DNA from: Candidatus Altiarchaeota archaeon
Lineage (GTDB): Archaea > Altiarchaeota > Altiarchaeia > IMC4 > QMZM01
DNA length: 64,000 nt
Direction: 5' to 3'
Assembly (NCBI GenBank): GCA_016931955.1
Contig: JAFGDV010000002.1
Location: 48,471-112,470 of the forward strand
Shown here: piece after piece, positions 1-10,106 of the stretch
Position numbering within the stretch: position 1 is the stretch's first letter
How the letters are laid out: each line of letters begins with the position of its first letter
Translations under genes and position numbers: made by a program
The notes under the pieces: model-generated
Told to the model about the DNA's origin: nothing
Seen by the model: only the letters and a program-made list of their open reading frames with translations
Database searches by the model: none

Positions 1-2
1 GT

Positions 3-1292
3 GTAGGCGGTTTAGTCGGCTCATACAACTCGGACAGCAGCGGTTATGCTAAATTCAAATTAGAGAGCCAAGGAAGCTATACCCTCCTCGCCTCAAAGAC
101 AGGTTATGAGGATAGTGACATTGTCTCAATAACGGTCAAGGACAGGAGGGGTATGGACGTTAGGATTGATCCAATAAAGCAAGCGATAGGGCAGGATGTT
201 TCAATAACGATAACCTCTGGGGGGAATCCCATAGAAAACGCCGAGGTCATGATAGAGAAACCCGACGGCTCAAAGGACACCCTGTCAACATCCTCAACAG
301 GGAAGATGGTCTACAAGCCAAGCATGTCTGGCACATATGATATAACAGTCAAAAAACAGGGCTATGAAACAACAACTTCCAGTTTCATTGCTATGAATTT
401 CTTCAATGTCTCAGTTCCAGAGAAGCTAGAGCTAAAAGATGAAGTAACCATTACAGTGAGGAACCAAGACGGCAGAAACATTGAAGGCGCTTCCGTCGAA
501 ATCGTGGGTTCGATCATCAACGGCTTGACGGATTCCGCGGGTAAATTTAGCTTCATCTTGGATAACGTAGGTGAGTACGTCTTATCGATAAAGAAAGAGG
601 GCTACGAGGATTATAGTGAGAAGCTAACCTTTTATGGGAGCCTTACGGTGAGGGTAACCCCTGAGGTGATAGACCTGGGTGATTCAGTGGAGATAAGGGT
701 ACTGGATGAAGAAGGAAGAGAGATTGACGTAGACATGGTCATAGAGAAACCAGATGGTAGAAAGGAGAACATCAAGGGAAGCACTCATACATTAACGCCC
801 AACTTGGCTGGATCCTACAACGTAACGGCGAACAAAAGGTATTACACACCATCAACAGCTGACTTCACGGTCAACCCCTACCAACTTGACCTTAACGTCT
901 GGGTGAGTGGCAGTAATCTGATGATAAAGGCAACCAGGAACAATGAACCGGTTGGAAACATCAGCGTGTCTGTTCTGACACCCGACGATGACGAAATCTT
1001 CCTCAAAACTGATGAGGAGGGTGTTGCAAGGCTCAACATAAGGGAACTAAACCAGACTGGGACCTTCACCATAAGTTCTGTGGACATCAACTACGAGAAA
1101 AAAACAGTCACAAGGGAGATAACTGGTGCTGGAGAGAACCTTCTGCCACTGCTTCTGTTGATAATATTGGTCGTGGTATTGCTTATCATACTGATATCCC
1201 TTACCCTGTATATAAGCCACAAGAGCAAAAGAAGCGCCTTACCAAGTGAAAAAACAAAGAAAACAAAGGGTGGAGGCCTCGGTAGGCTCTGA
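3..1292 (+). CDS. Membrane-anchored surface protein with repeated PEGA/carboxypeptidase-regulatory-like Ig domains (5' truncated)
   Basis: Frame open from position 3; repeated 'G.Y.(I/L)...K.GY' units; C-terminal hydrophobic helix plus basic tail. Confidence 0.7.
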   Translation, partial: VGGLVGSYNSDSSGYAKFKLESQGSYTLLASKTGYEDSDIVSITVKDRRGMDVRIDPIKQAIGQDVSITITSGGNPIENAEVMIEKPDGSKDTLSTSSTGKMVYKPSMSGTYDITVKKQGYETTTSSFIAMNFFNVSVPEKLELKDEVTITVRNQDGRNIEGASVEIVGSIINGLTDSAGKFSFILDNVGEYVLSIKKEGYEDYSEKLTFYGSLTVRVTPEVIDLGDSVEIRVLDEEGREIDVDMVIEKPDGRKENIKGSTHTLTPNLAGSYNVTANKRYYTPSTADFTVNPYQLDLNVWVSGSNLMIKATRNNEPVGNISVSVLTPDDDEIFLKTDEEGVARLNIRELNQTGTFTISSVDINYEKKTVTREITGAGENLLPLLLLIILVVVLLIILISLTLYISHKSKRSALPSEKTKKTKGGGLGRL

Positions 1293-1339
1293 CCAACTTC
1301 TTCTGCTATTTATCCTCTCTAGTCCATTCTTATAACACT

Positions 1340-2392
1340 ATGATAGAAGTAAACACCAACATACTGGGCTCATTTGCTTTAAAGGGAGGGAGGATAATAA
1401 AGAAGATACTCTTCCCAAAAGACACGATAAAACTCGCAGAAAAACTTATGGAAATAGAAAACGCCGTCTGTGATGAAGAAAAAGAGCTTATCTCTTATTT
1501 GTTGGAAACTGGAACGAAATCCATAAAGCTCAGGGACCCGGACAGATTCTCCATGTATCGTGGGGATATGGATTTACTTGAAGACAAGACCCCAACCAGT
1601 TTGTTGGATATCGCATCAGAGCTGGGGATACCTGAGAAAGATGTTACCAAACTGCTGGATAGCGTTAATCTGGAGATAACCAAGGTAAGGATGAGGGAGA
1701 TAAGCAGGGACCAGCTTATAATGCAGGCTGTCGCATCTATCGATGAATTGGAGGAATCAATAAATACACTTATAAAGAGGCTTCGTGAATGGTATTCCCT
1801 GAATTTCCCAGAACTCGATTTTTTGGTGAAAAAACATGACTTATATGCTAAGCTTGTGAGCTCTGACCTAAGAGATGCTGATGAGGGTCTAAGAAAGAGT
1901 ATTGAGGAAGCTAGGAAGCAAACCCTTGGCGTGGACTTCTCCGAGGAGGACAAAAAATCAGTAAAGTACCTGTCAGATAGTATTTTAGGTCTTTACATGG
2001 CTGAACAGAACATTGAGTCATACATCGAAGAGGCTATGGGGGGTATAGCTCCGAACATGGCTGCACTGGCTGGCCCCATACTCTCCGCCAGGATTATCTC
2101 GCTTGCTGGAGGCTTAGAGAGGCTGGCTAAACTGCCGGCGAGCACAATCCAGGTTTTGGGTGCAGAGGATTCCTTCTTTAGGTTCCTGAGGACTGGGGAG
2201 AGGCCACCCAAACATGGGGTGATATTCCAGCTCCCTGAGATAAGGTCCGCACCAAAGAAGGTCAGGGGTAAGGTATCTCGCATCTTTGCCGCTAAGATGG
2301 CCATCGCCGCTAGAACTGACTTCTTTAGGGGGGAATTTATTGGGGATAAGCTCAGGGGTGACTTTTTAGGGAAGCTAGAAAAGTTGAAATGA
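1340..2392 (+). CDS. nop5: Nop5 (Nop56/58) box C/D sRNP protein
   Basis: RLREWY, APNMAALAG, LPASTIQVLGAE, PPKHGVIFQ motifs. Confidence 0.92.
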   Translation: MIEVNTNILGSFALKGGRIIKKILFPKDTIKLAEKLMEIENAVCDEEKELISYLLETGTKSIKLRDPDRFSMYRGDMDLLEDKTPTSLLDIASELGIPEKDVTKLLDSVNLEITKVRMREISRDQLIMQAVASIDELEESINTLIKRLREWYSLNFPELDFLVKKHDLYAKLVSSDLRDADEGLRKSIEEARKQTLGVDFSEEDKKSVKYLSDSILGLYMAEQNIESYIEEAMGGIAPNMAALAGPILSARIISLAGGLERLAKLPASTIQVLGAEDSFFRFLRTGERPPKHGVIFQLPEIRSAPKKVRGKVSRIFAAKMAIAARTDFFRGEFIGDKLRGDFLGKLEKLK

Positions 2393-3294
2393 ATCCGGAG
2401 GTTACTTCATTGGGTGATGTAAACGTCGACATCATCACAGCGAAGTTGGAGAACATGCCTGAAAGGGATTCCCAGACTCTTGTTCCAACTATTAGATTAA
2501 GCTCTGGGGGTTGTGCTGCAAACCTCGCTAAGGCCTTGAACAGGCTCGGAACAAAGGCGAGGTTAATCGGCAAGGTGGGGGATGACTTCTTCGGTGGTTT
2601 CCTTGGGGGTGACTTGGAAGGCGTCGACCTGAGGCTTTCAGTCGGCAGTAGAACTGGCATTACTGTTGGAATCACCTTCGAAGACAATACAAGGTCTTTT
2701 ATAACCTATCCGGGATCGAATTCGGAATTGGTTTATGGGGACATAGACTTTGATCTTATCGAGGGTAGATGCCTCCACATCGCGAGCTTCTTCCTCCAAG
2801 GCCTAAGGGAGAACACGAAAAAAATCCTTGATTTCGCCCACAGCAAGGGGATGGTTACCTCATTTGACACGGGATGGGATCCACGTGGTTGGTCTTCTGG
2901 GGACCAGGAATTGGTAAGAGAAACCCTGAAACACGTTGACTTGTTTTTCCCCAACGTAAAGGAGGGAGAAGCGATTACTGAAGCTCGGGATGAGCGGACT
3001 ATTTGCGGGAGGCTTCTGGATATGGGTCCACGGGTTGTTGCACTGAAGGCTGGGAACAGGGGGTGTTATGTAGCCAGTGAGGGTGATTTTTTCTTTGTAC
3101 CCTCTTTTAGGGTTGATTCCTTAGACACTACAGGTGCAGGGGATGTGTTTGATGCGGGTTTTGTCTATGGTTATCTCAAGGGCTGGGATCTTGAACTGAT
3201 GGGTAGATTCGCGAACGCTGCTGCCGCATTAAGCACCACAGGCTATGGAACCCAAAAGTACCCGACCCTTGAGGAAGTGGGGAAACTGCTGTAA
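2389..3294 (+). CDS. PfkB/ribokinase-family carbohydrate kinase
   Basis: GGCAANLA and DTTGAGDVF signatures. Confidence 0.9.
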   Translation: MNPEVTSLGDVNVDIITAKLENMPERDSQTLVPTIRLSSGGCAANLAKALNRLGTKARLIGKVGDDFFGGFLGGDLEGVDLRLSVGSRTGITVGITFEDNTRSFITYPGSNSELVYGDIDFDLIEGRCLHIASFFLQGLRENTKKILDFAHSKGMVTSFDTGWDPRGWSSGDQELVRETLKHVDLFFPNVKEGEAITEARDERTICGRLLDMGPRVVALKAGNRGCYVASEGDFFFVPSFRVDSLDTTGAGDVFDAGFVYGYLKGWDLELMGRFANAAAALSTTGYGTQKYPTLEEVGKLL

Positions 3295-3311
3295 GCCATC
3301 AGAAAAGGTGT

Positions 3312-3977
3312 TTAGGTGAAGAGTTTGTGGACCCATGATTTTCCTTTTTTCTCTTTTATGTTCTCTTTGGTTTTTTTGTCGATGAGTGTCAGTAGTTTTG
3401 TCGCTGAGTTTGATTCGAGTAGTATGATAAAGTTTCCTGAGACTTCTCCCTTCAGACCCTTGAATTCTACCTCAACTATGAGACCGACGTTGACCTCTCT
3501 CCGCACCCCTAGGAGGACGAAGTTTACTATGGAGCTTGCAAAATTAAAAACCGTTACTGGTTGTGATGGATAGATCTTTATTTCTACGAAATCGGCTATT
3601 GCATTCATGAACGTTGCCGTCAGGATGCTTCCAATCTCTTCCAGGATTGAACGACCTTCCATATCCACCATATCCGTGGTCCCGACCTCCCTGCCCTCTA
3701 GTGTGTCTATGAATATGAGGGCTGTTTTCCGCGGGAATATCAGGATGGTTGTACCAGAGATATCCCCCAGAACCCGTGAGTATACGCCTACAGACAGGAC
3801 GTTATTTTTGCCGAAGTATTTTGGTATCTGGCTTATGGGTATGAGGCTTAGTTTAGTGAGCCTAACATTGACTCTCTCATCTATCATCTTTGAGAGAGCT
3901 GTGCTTGAATGCCACATCGCTATTGCTATAACCTCTTTTAGAGCATCCTTCGCTAGTTCGGTTAAGTTAAGTGTCAC
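3312..3977 (-). CDS. cheC: CheC-like protein, both ExxN sites degenerate
   Basis: DALKE..STALSKM and SILEEIGSIL CheC repeats. Confidence 0.8.
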   Translation of the reverse strand: MTLNLTELAKDALKEVIAIAMWHSSTALSKMIDERVNVRLTKLSLIPISQIPKYFGKNNVLSVGVYSRVLGDISGTTILIFPRKTALIFIDTLEGREVGTTDMVDMEGRSILEEIGSILTATFMNAIADFVEIKIYPSQPVTVFNFASSIVNFVLLGVRREVNVGLIVEVEFKGLKGEVSGNFIILLESNSATKLLTLIDKKTKENIKEKKGKSWVHKLFT

Positions 3978-4221
3978 TTTTGATATTCCCGTTAAATATA
4001 AAGGGTTGCATTCATATTAAAACTTGATGCAGTTTAAACCGGTCTGGTCTGATTCCATGGGGAGCCTGATTACAGGAAAAAAAAGTCGCTAGGGTTTATG
4101 ACGCAACGAGAGATAGGAAGAAAGAAATCGTCACTTTCGCTGAGTGCTTGGGGAAGAAACCTATTCTAGGAGAATGTTAAAAAAGGATGGATTCTCCATT
4201 CGATCAATGGAGAATGTATCC

Positions 4222-4767
4222 TCACTTTGGTTTCTTTTCCAGTGTTTTTAGCTCGTCTAACTGCTCTTCATCTAAGAGGTTTTCTCCTTCAATGGTCTTC
4301 TGTATGTTGTCTATATGTTCATAGTCTTCATCAACCAAGACCTTGCTTAGATCCAACAGGATGAGCAGTCTTTCGCCTATTATACCCACGCCTTCCAGGT
4401 AGTCTGAACTGACCCTCTTCGCTATTATTGAGGGCGCTGGCTCAACCTGGTCACTGTTAAGCCTCATAACCTCTGTGGCTGAGTCAACTATCATACCAAC
4501 TGTGTTTCCAACTACTTCAAGGACTATTATCCTTGTGTCGGTGTTGGCCTTCCTCAGGGGGAGACCCAACTTCATGGCAAGATTTATGACTACCACGATC
4601 CCTCCTCTGAGGTTGATGACTCCTTCGATGTATTCTGCTGTATTGGGTATCTTCGTTATTTCCTCCATACGGATGATCTCTCGAACATCGCTTATGTTCA
4701 CACCGAATTCCTCATCACTAAGGGTAAAGACTACAATCTGCCTCTCCTCATCATCTCCTCCTTTCAT
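4222..4767 (-). CDS. cheW: Chemotaxis coupling protein CheW
   Basis: IVVFTL..EEFGVNI..VREI, GVINLRG, GMIVD motifs; start moved to ATG 4767 after an RBS-like GAGGGAG. Confidence 0.93.
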   Translation of the reverse strand: MKGGDDEERQIVVFTLSDEEFGVNISDVREIIRMEEITKIPNTAEYIEGVINLRGGIVVVINLAMKLGLPLRKANTDTRIIVLEVVGNTVGMIVDSATEVMRLNSDQVEPAPSIIAKRVSSDYLEGVGIIGERLLILLDLSKVLVDEDYEHIDNIQKTIEGENLLDEEQLDELKTLEKKPK

Positions 4768-4809
4768 TTCTCCCTCTAATCCTAGTCTTGCAGGCATTCT
4801 ATGCACCCC

Positions 4810-6942
4810 TCAGATTCTTTCATTACCTAGTTTTAATCGTCCCGTGTTTCCTATGTCATCAAAGCTTCTAGCTCCAAATTGGCCTTGCTCTCTTATCTTG
4901 AACTTGGAAACAACGGTCTTCAGCTCCTCGGCGCTGAGGTTGAATTGTTGAGCTGTCTTTGACACCTGCTGCATGGAGGCTGTGACGCTCTGCACTGAAG
5001 AGGATACCTCCTCAGAGCTGGCCGCGTTTTCTTGAGCTACCTCTGCCATCTCAACCAGTGAGCTGGTCACACCCTGTACTAGGTCGGGTATTGCTTCGAA
5101 TGACTTCATCGCCTCTTTTACGGCGGCTATACCTTCCTCGACCTGCTTTGTGTTGTCATCCATTGTGCTGACTGCATGTGATATCTCGTTCTGTATGTCC
5201 GTTATCAAACCCGCAATCTGTTCGCTTGCGCCTCTCGAGTCCTCGGCGAGCTTCCGTACCTCGTCTGCTACAACCGCGAATCCTCTTCCAGCTTCACCTG
5301 CTCTTGCGGCCTCAATCGCTGCGTTCAGCGCCAGTAGGTTGGTCTGCTCTGCTATGTCCTTGATCGTGTCCACGATCCTACCTATCTCCTCTGACTTTCC
5401 GCCAAGTGATCCGATCTTTGAAGCGCTTTCCTTTGATGTAACGCTTATCTGAGCCATCTTTTCGTTCACGAGCTTGGCTGACTTGCTTCCTTCTTCGGCG
5501 CTCTCTGCTGTTTTCTTGGCTAATTCCTGCGACTCTGTGGCCCCTTGTGAAACGATCTGCACCCCTTTGACGATCTCCTGCATTGTCGAAGCTACTTGTT
5601 CCATCGCCGCATTTGTTTCCTCGGACGACGCTGAAAGCTCCTCAGCAGCTACTGCTGTTGAAGTGGCGTTATTCTTTATGTTTCCTATCAGATCCATGAG
5701 GTTGCTGGCCATTGTCGCGAATGCATTACCTATCATACCTACCTCATTCTTAGCGGATATGCCAACGACATCTAGGGTAAGATCACCAGCTGCTACACGC
5801 TGCATCTGCCTGACTATCAGGTTAAGCCGGTTGGTCAGGAAGTTCGCGAAGAAGTAAGCCGCCAGTGAACCGAGTACTATAGCCAGTGCACACACCATTA
5901 TCGTCATGTCCTGAATCTGTATTATCCCATCATCGAAGTCTTCCCCGTAGGCGCTTGAAGCGATGACCCATTCCCACTCATCGAAATATGCGAAGGCTGC
6001 AAGCTTGCTCGAAGCCCTGCTTTCTCCTTTATTCGCCCACGTGTAACGGTATACGTCTGTCTCTCCCTCACTCAGGGCTGTTGCCTTGTCTATTATCTCT
6101 TGTATGAAGAGGGTTCCATCATCCAACTTCGAATTGATGATGTTCTGTCCATCGCTCTCCCTCTTGTATGAGAGAACATAGTTCCCTTTTGTGTCAAGTA
6201 TCCAGATGTATCCCCGCTCTCCTATGACTACCTTGGCGAGGTTGCCCTTCAGTGTTTCCTGATACTCATTCTCAGGCACGCCAACGTATAGGACGCCTAT
6301 CACCTTATTGCTTTCATCCTTTATTGGTTCATAAGCGCTTAGGTAGTACCCAGTCACCACGAATGCTCTTCCGTAGTAGGTCTGACCCCTCATCACAGTC
6401 TGATAAACCTCTGAATCAGATGGGATGTATGTTCCAACAGCCCTTGAACCATCCAGGTTAAGGACATTGGTTGATATCCTCAACAGCCCGTTAGGGATGA
6501 CTTGGAATACTGTCGCTGTCCCGCCCACCATGCTCTGGATTTCGTCAACGATCTCGTAGTTGTAAGCAAGCTGCTTTTCGCCTATCTTCATCTTTGAGAT
6601 GGTTACTGGCTGGCTGCCTTGGGTTACCTGGTTTACGGCGGTGAACTCCATTGTCTCCATTGGATCCAAGTAGGGCCTGCCATAGCCATACATAACGCTG
6701 CTGGCAACCCTCAGATCAGAGTTCACCTTGCTCTGCGCCACCTCATAGATGTTCTGAACATCCTTTGAGATTATCAGGGCTTGCTCTTGCAGCATTCCTT
6801 CGATCTGATTGAAGGTCTCTCTACTGGTCGAATCATAGCTGATGTAACCAAGCGTTACTACTGGTATCGACACCAGCAAGATGCAGATAGCCATCAGTTG
6901 CCATCTAATACTTATATCATTAAATATGTTTTTGATGTTCAT
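4810..6942 (-). CDS. Methyl-accepting chemotaxis protein (TM, Cache_3-Cache_2-like sensor, TM, HAMP, MCP signal)
   Basis: [38 protein letters not shown] hairpin; two TM helices; RISTNV..RAVGT Cache motif. Confidence 0.95.
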   Translation of the reverse strand: MNIKNIFNDISIRWQLMAICILLVSIPVVTLGYISYDSTSRETFNQIEGMLQEQALIISKDVQNIYEVAQSKVNSDLRVASSVMYGYGRPYLDPMETMEFTAVNQVTQGSQPVTISKMKIGEKQLAYNYEIVDEIQSMVGGTATVFQVIPNGLLRISTNVLNLDGSRAVGTYIPSDSEVYQTVMRGQTYYGRAFVVTGYYLSAYEPIKDESNKVIGVLYVGVPENEYQETLKGNLAKVVIGERGYIWILDTKGNYVLSYKRESDGQNIINSKLDDGTLFIQEIIDKATALSEGETDVYRYTWANKGESRASSKLAAFAYFDEWEWVIASSAYGEDFDDGIIQIQDMTIMVCALAIVLGSLAAYFFANFLTNRLNLIVRQMQRVAAGDLTLDVVGISAKNEVGMIGNAFATMASNLMDLIGNIKNNATSTAVAAEELSASSEETNAAMEQVASTMQEIVKGVQIVSQGATESQELAKKTAESAEEGSKSAKLVNEKMAQISVTSKESASKIGSLGGKSEEIGRIVDTIKDIAEQTNLLALNAAIEAARAGEAGRGFAVVADEVRKLAEDSRGASEQIAGLITDIQNEISHAVSTMDDNTKQVEEGIAAVKEAMKSFEAIPDLVQGVTSSLVEMAEVAQENAASSEEVSSSVQSVTASMQQVSKTAQQFNLSAEELKTVVSKFKIREQGQFGARSFDDIGNTGRLKLGNERI

Positions 6943-7246
6943 CTATATCACCTTTTTCTTTCTTTATTTTGTTTTTTTAATCTTATATGGGCAGTTTGAT
7001 AGCTGGGGTGGGTGCGCCCATCAGACCACCCTAAGTTTTATCTTCTAAAGTTATTTCTGCAAACTTATATAAATATGTTTCTATATTTCTACGTCGGCAT
7101 AGTGATATCTCAACATAATTATCATTTGACTAAACGCTCATGAGCCACATTATAAGTCAAAAGAATGCATATAACATCTGAAGATGGCTGTATTAGATCA
7201 ACAAAAAATAGGTTAAGTATTTACTTATTACTGCCATCTTATGCTA

Positions 7247-7660
7247 TCACTTATAAAAGATAGGTTTACCTTTAGATCGGACCAACCAATACTCTACAGT
7301 CCTGCCAACCCTCTTCCTTGAGATAACACCCTTGCTCTCCAAACTCTTAAGATGTTTACTGAGGGTTGGTTTGGTTACCCTTGTTTTCCCGAGCAATTCA
7401 GTAAAATTCAGTTTACCTTTGTCTAAGGCTGCTAATATACTGTCTTCAAGATTTTCCTCCCCAATTGTCAACCTTTCTTTACCAATCATCGACTTGATCT
7501 CCATTACCTCCATAAACAACCGAGGGATTATGCCAGAATCCTCACCCAGTAGCCTGCGATTCAAATCCCTCAAGTCCTCCAATATCTGGGCTATCCTCAC
7601 ATCATCCACACTTCTGCGCCCTATTTCCCCCCTCAATCTGCTAAGATCATCGGAATCCAT
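7247..7660 (-). CDS. ArsR/MarR-like winged-helix protein
   Basis: FTELL...TKPTLSKHLKSLESKGVI..RVGR.VEY; ATG 7660 directly after the cheC stop. Confidence 0.75.
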   Translation of the reverse strand: MDSDDLSRLRGEIGRRSVDDVRIAQILEDLRDLNRRLLGEDSGIIPRLFMEVMEIKSMIGKERLTIGEENLEDSILAALDKGKLNFTELLGKTRVTKPTLSKHLKSLESKGVISRKRVGRTVEYWLVRSKGKPIFYK

Positions 7661-7661
7661 C

Positions 7662-8336
7662 TCACCCAAGCCCCTCCCCAAATGGAGAACCAAGCTTCGT
7701 TTGAATGGCTTTGAGGATATTCCCAATTGATTTGTCATCAAGTAGGAAAACGAATTCCCCCCTCAGAGATCCCCCAGAACACATAAACTCGGTCTGGGAT
7801 ACTAGAGAATAATTTATTGACTCCTTCACACTCAAAAGCACAAAATAGACAATAGCGCTTGCTATATCAAAGACTACTGACGGCACAGACAACTCAACCT
7901 CCAGATCCAAGAACTCAGCTAAGGTATTGACATACGATGCAGAGAGTATGCTCCCCAGCTCGCCCAAGGCAGACCTATCAATGCTCTTCATAACATCCGT
8001 AGTTCCAGGCTCCCTACCGTTCAGTACATCAACCAGGGACAATGCGCTCTCCCTTGAGAAGAATAGGAGGCTTGTGCCGGCAAGATCCCCCCTCAACCTC
8101 ACGTATATGCCAGTCACAAGCATATTTTTCTGTCCCACGCAGCTTGCAATCTGGTCTAAGGGGATCAGATCCATTCCAGACATCTCTATGTCGACCCTCC
8201 TATCAATCAATTCAGATAAAGCGATTGTTGCATGGCCCATACCGATAGTCGCTATCTCCTGTAGCGCGTCAAGCTGAAGCTCTGTCAACTTCCCATACAA
8301 GCTATCGCTCTCCACCGCTTCCTTCCTATAGGACAT
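7662..8336 (-). CDS. cheC: CheC-like protein, both ExxN sites degenerate
   Basis: DALQEIATIGMGHA and SALGELGSIL. Confidence 0.85.
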   Translation of the reverse strand: MSYRKEAVESDSLYGKLTELQLDALQEIATIGMGHATIALSELIDRRVDIEMSGMDLIPLDQIASCVGQKNMLVTGIYVRLRGDLAGTSLLFFSRESALSLVDVLNGREPGTTDVMKSIDRSALGELGSILSASYVNTLAEFLDLEVELSVPSVVFDIASAIVYFVLLSVKESINYSLVSQTEFMCSGGSLRGEFVFLLDDKSIGNILKAIQTKLGSPFGEGLG

Positions 8337-8349
8337 GTTGCTCCCCAGA

Positions 8350-8970
8350 TCAAAGAGACTTCAATTTTCTGTCAATCTTGTTAACCAGAACGCCCAACGA
8401 AGACGAATCCAAGAGGAATATGAAATCACCCGTTATCTCGCCCCTCTTCCCCCTGAATTTGACCTGGATAATCAAAACAGACTCTATCCTCTTATCAATG
8501 CCTCGAAGCACGAAATCTATCAGAGACTTTGCGACGTCAAAAACAATGCAGGGAGGAGAATGATACAAGGTAACACCTAAAAAGTTGCCCAACTCGGTGA
8601 GGTAACTTGCCGTCAATATGTTACCAACCTCTCCCAAGGCAGAGCGATCATCGTAACTTAGAATCTCCGTGGTCCCAATATCCCTGCCGTAGAGCAGGTC
8701 AGATAAAGCCAGTGAGCTCTCACGCGAGAGGACCAAGAGGCTTGTTCCGCCCAGGTCGCCCATCATCCTCAAGTAGATACCCATTGCAAGCGTATCTGGA
8801 CCCCCCACCCTCTTCGGCACTTCCCCTATAGGCAGAAACTGCACCTTAGACATCTCTACCTCAACACGGCTTTCAACCATCTTGGAGAGCGACTTTGTGG
8901 CAGTGACCATGCCTTTATCCGCAACGCCCTTTAAAGCCCTCTTTTGTCCCTCCGTAAGTTGAGCAACCAT
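8350..8970 (-). CDS. cheC: CheC-like phosphatase (second site intact)
   Basis: SALGEVGNIL; CheC fold pattern. Confidence 0.85.
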   Translation of the reverse strand: MVAQLTEGQKRALKGVADKGMVTATKSLSKMVESRVEVEMSKVQFLPIGEVPKRVGGPDTLAMGIYLRMMGDLGGTSLLVLSRESSLALSDLLYGRDIGTTEILSYDDRSALGEVGNILTASYLTELGNFLGVTLYHSPPCIVFDVAKSLIDFVLRGIDKRIESVLIIQVKFRGKRGEITGDFIFLLDSSSLGVLVNKIDRKLKSL

Positions 8971-8980
8971 CTTCTTTTAC

Positions 8981-9460
8981 TTAGATCGAGGTAGTCGGAC
9001 CATGTATCCTGCTGACGACGACCTCACCTGTTTCGGTGTCGAACCAGATAGATCTGCCCTCGGTCCCGCCAACATCCTCGGCTACTATCTCAATGCACTT
9101 CTCTCTGAGCTTTTTTCTGACTGCTTCCACATTTTTCTTGCCTATGTCAGATATCCTTGGTACGTTGGGGAAAATCTCGGCTCCGCCGCATAGTTTCGCT
9201 TTTATATCATGTGTCTTGCAGCCGAGGATGAGCATGCTCTTTACCATGGCATCTACTGTCTTGTCGACGAACCTCAGGGGATTGATACCCTGAGCAGCCT
9301 CTTTGCTATCTGGGAGGATTATGTGAGCTAAAGCGGCTATCTTTGTCTTCTCGTCTCTTAGACAGATGGCTACGCATGAGCCCAAACCAAGAACCTCCAG
9401 TATGCAAGGATTATGTATTATCTTGAACTCTGCCATGCCGACTGTTATCTTCTTAGTCAT
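8981..9460 (-). CDS. cheD: Chemoreceptor glutamine deamidase CheD
   Basis: GLGSCV, AHIILP, AKLCGGA, AEDVGG..GR. Confidence 0.93.
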   Translation of the reverse strand: MTKKITVGMAEFKIIHNPCILEVLGLGSCVAICLRDEKTKIAALAHIILPDSKEAAQGINPLRFVDKTVDAMVKSMLILGCKTHDIKAKLCGGAEIFPNVPRISDIGKKNVEAVRKKLREKCIEIVAEDVGGTEGRSIWFDTETGEVVVSRIHGPTTSI

Positions 9461-10106
9461 CTTTTTTTTCTTCCATCTCCAAGAGGTACCTGACGTTTTT
9501 GATAAGCACGCCCATGTGAGAGTAAAACAGAACTACGAAGTGGCCGGTTATCTCCAACCCTTCTACGAGGAATCGGGTGTTGAACAAGAGGGCATTTTCG
9601 ACATCGCAGGCATGTTGCGCTATTATGGGGTCCATCACAGAGTCGAGCATATCCGCTGCCAGCGCTGGAAGAGACTCCACAAGGCTCAGGTTAAGGTACT
9701 CTGCAATTGCAGAGAGATAGCTTCCTGCGAGGATGTTTCCGATCTCCATCAATGTGGAACGATCCATATCCGACAGCTCTTCAGCTCCAGTTGCTTCCTC
9801 CCCTTGCAGGATCTTCGCAAGTGTTGCCGCATCCTTTACAGGGAGTACCAGAAGTAGACTGCATACCTCGAATTGGTTATCAAGGGATGTGCCATCAATA
9901 TGCAGGTATATGTTGGTTATCTCCTTCTCTGGTCTGCCCATCTTGGATGTGACGGTTTCAAGGGGACACACCTCCATCCAAGGAAAGCTTACCTCGATCT
10001 TCTTGTCTGTAAGGGACGATAGGGCGATCGATGCATGCCCAGCTCCAATGGAGGATATCTCCATCAGGGCATCTAACTCCAGTGGCGTCAGGTTCTTGAA
10101 TTTCAT
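9453..10106 (-). CDS. cheC: CheC-like phosphatase (second site intact)
   Basis: DALMEISSIGAGHA and STLMEIGNILAG. Confidence 0.88.
   Translation of the reverse strand: MKFKNLTPLELDALMEISSIGAGHASIALSSLTDKKIEVSFPWMEVCPLETVTSKMGRPEKEITNIYLHIDGTSLDNQFEVCSLLLVLPVKDAATLAKILQGEEATGAEELSDMDRSTLMEIGNILAGSYLSAIAEYLNLSLVESLPALAADMLDSVMDPIIAQHACDVENALLFNTRFLVEGLEITGHFVVLFYSHMGVLIKNVRYLLEMEEKKDD

Noticed and set aside
1340-3294. nop5 followed by a PfkB kinase rather than fibrillarin
   Set aside because: Gene-order shuffling is common; no evidence of a functional link.
7005-7035. Hammerhead ribozyme, fluoride riboswitch or C/D sRNA (CTGATGG on the minus strand)
   Set aside because: Lacks the CUGAUGA/GAAA core, the fluoride consensus and paired C/D boxes.
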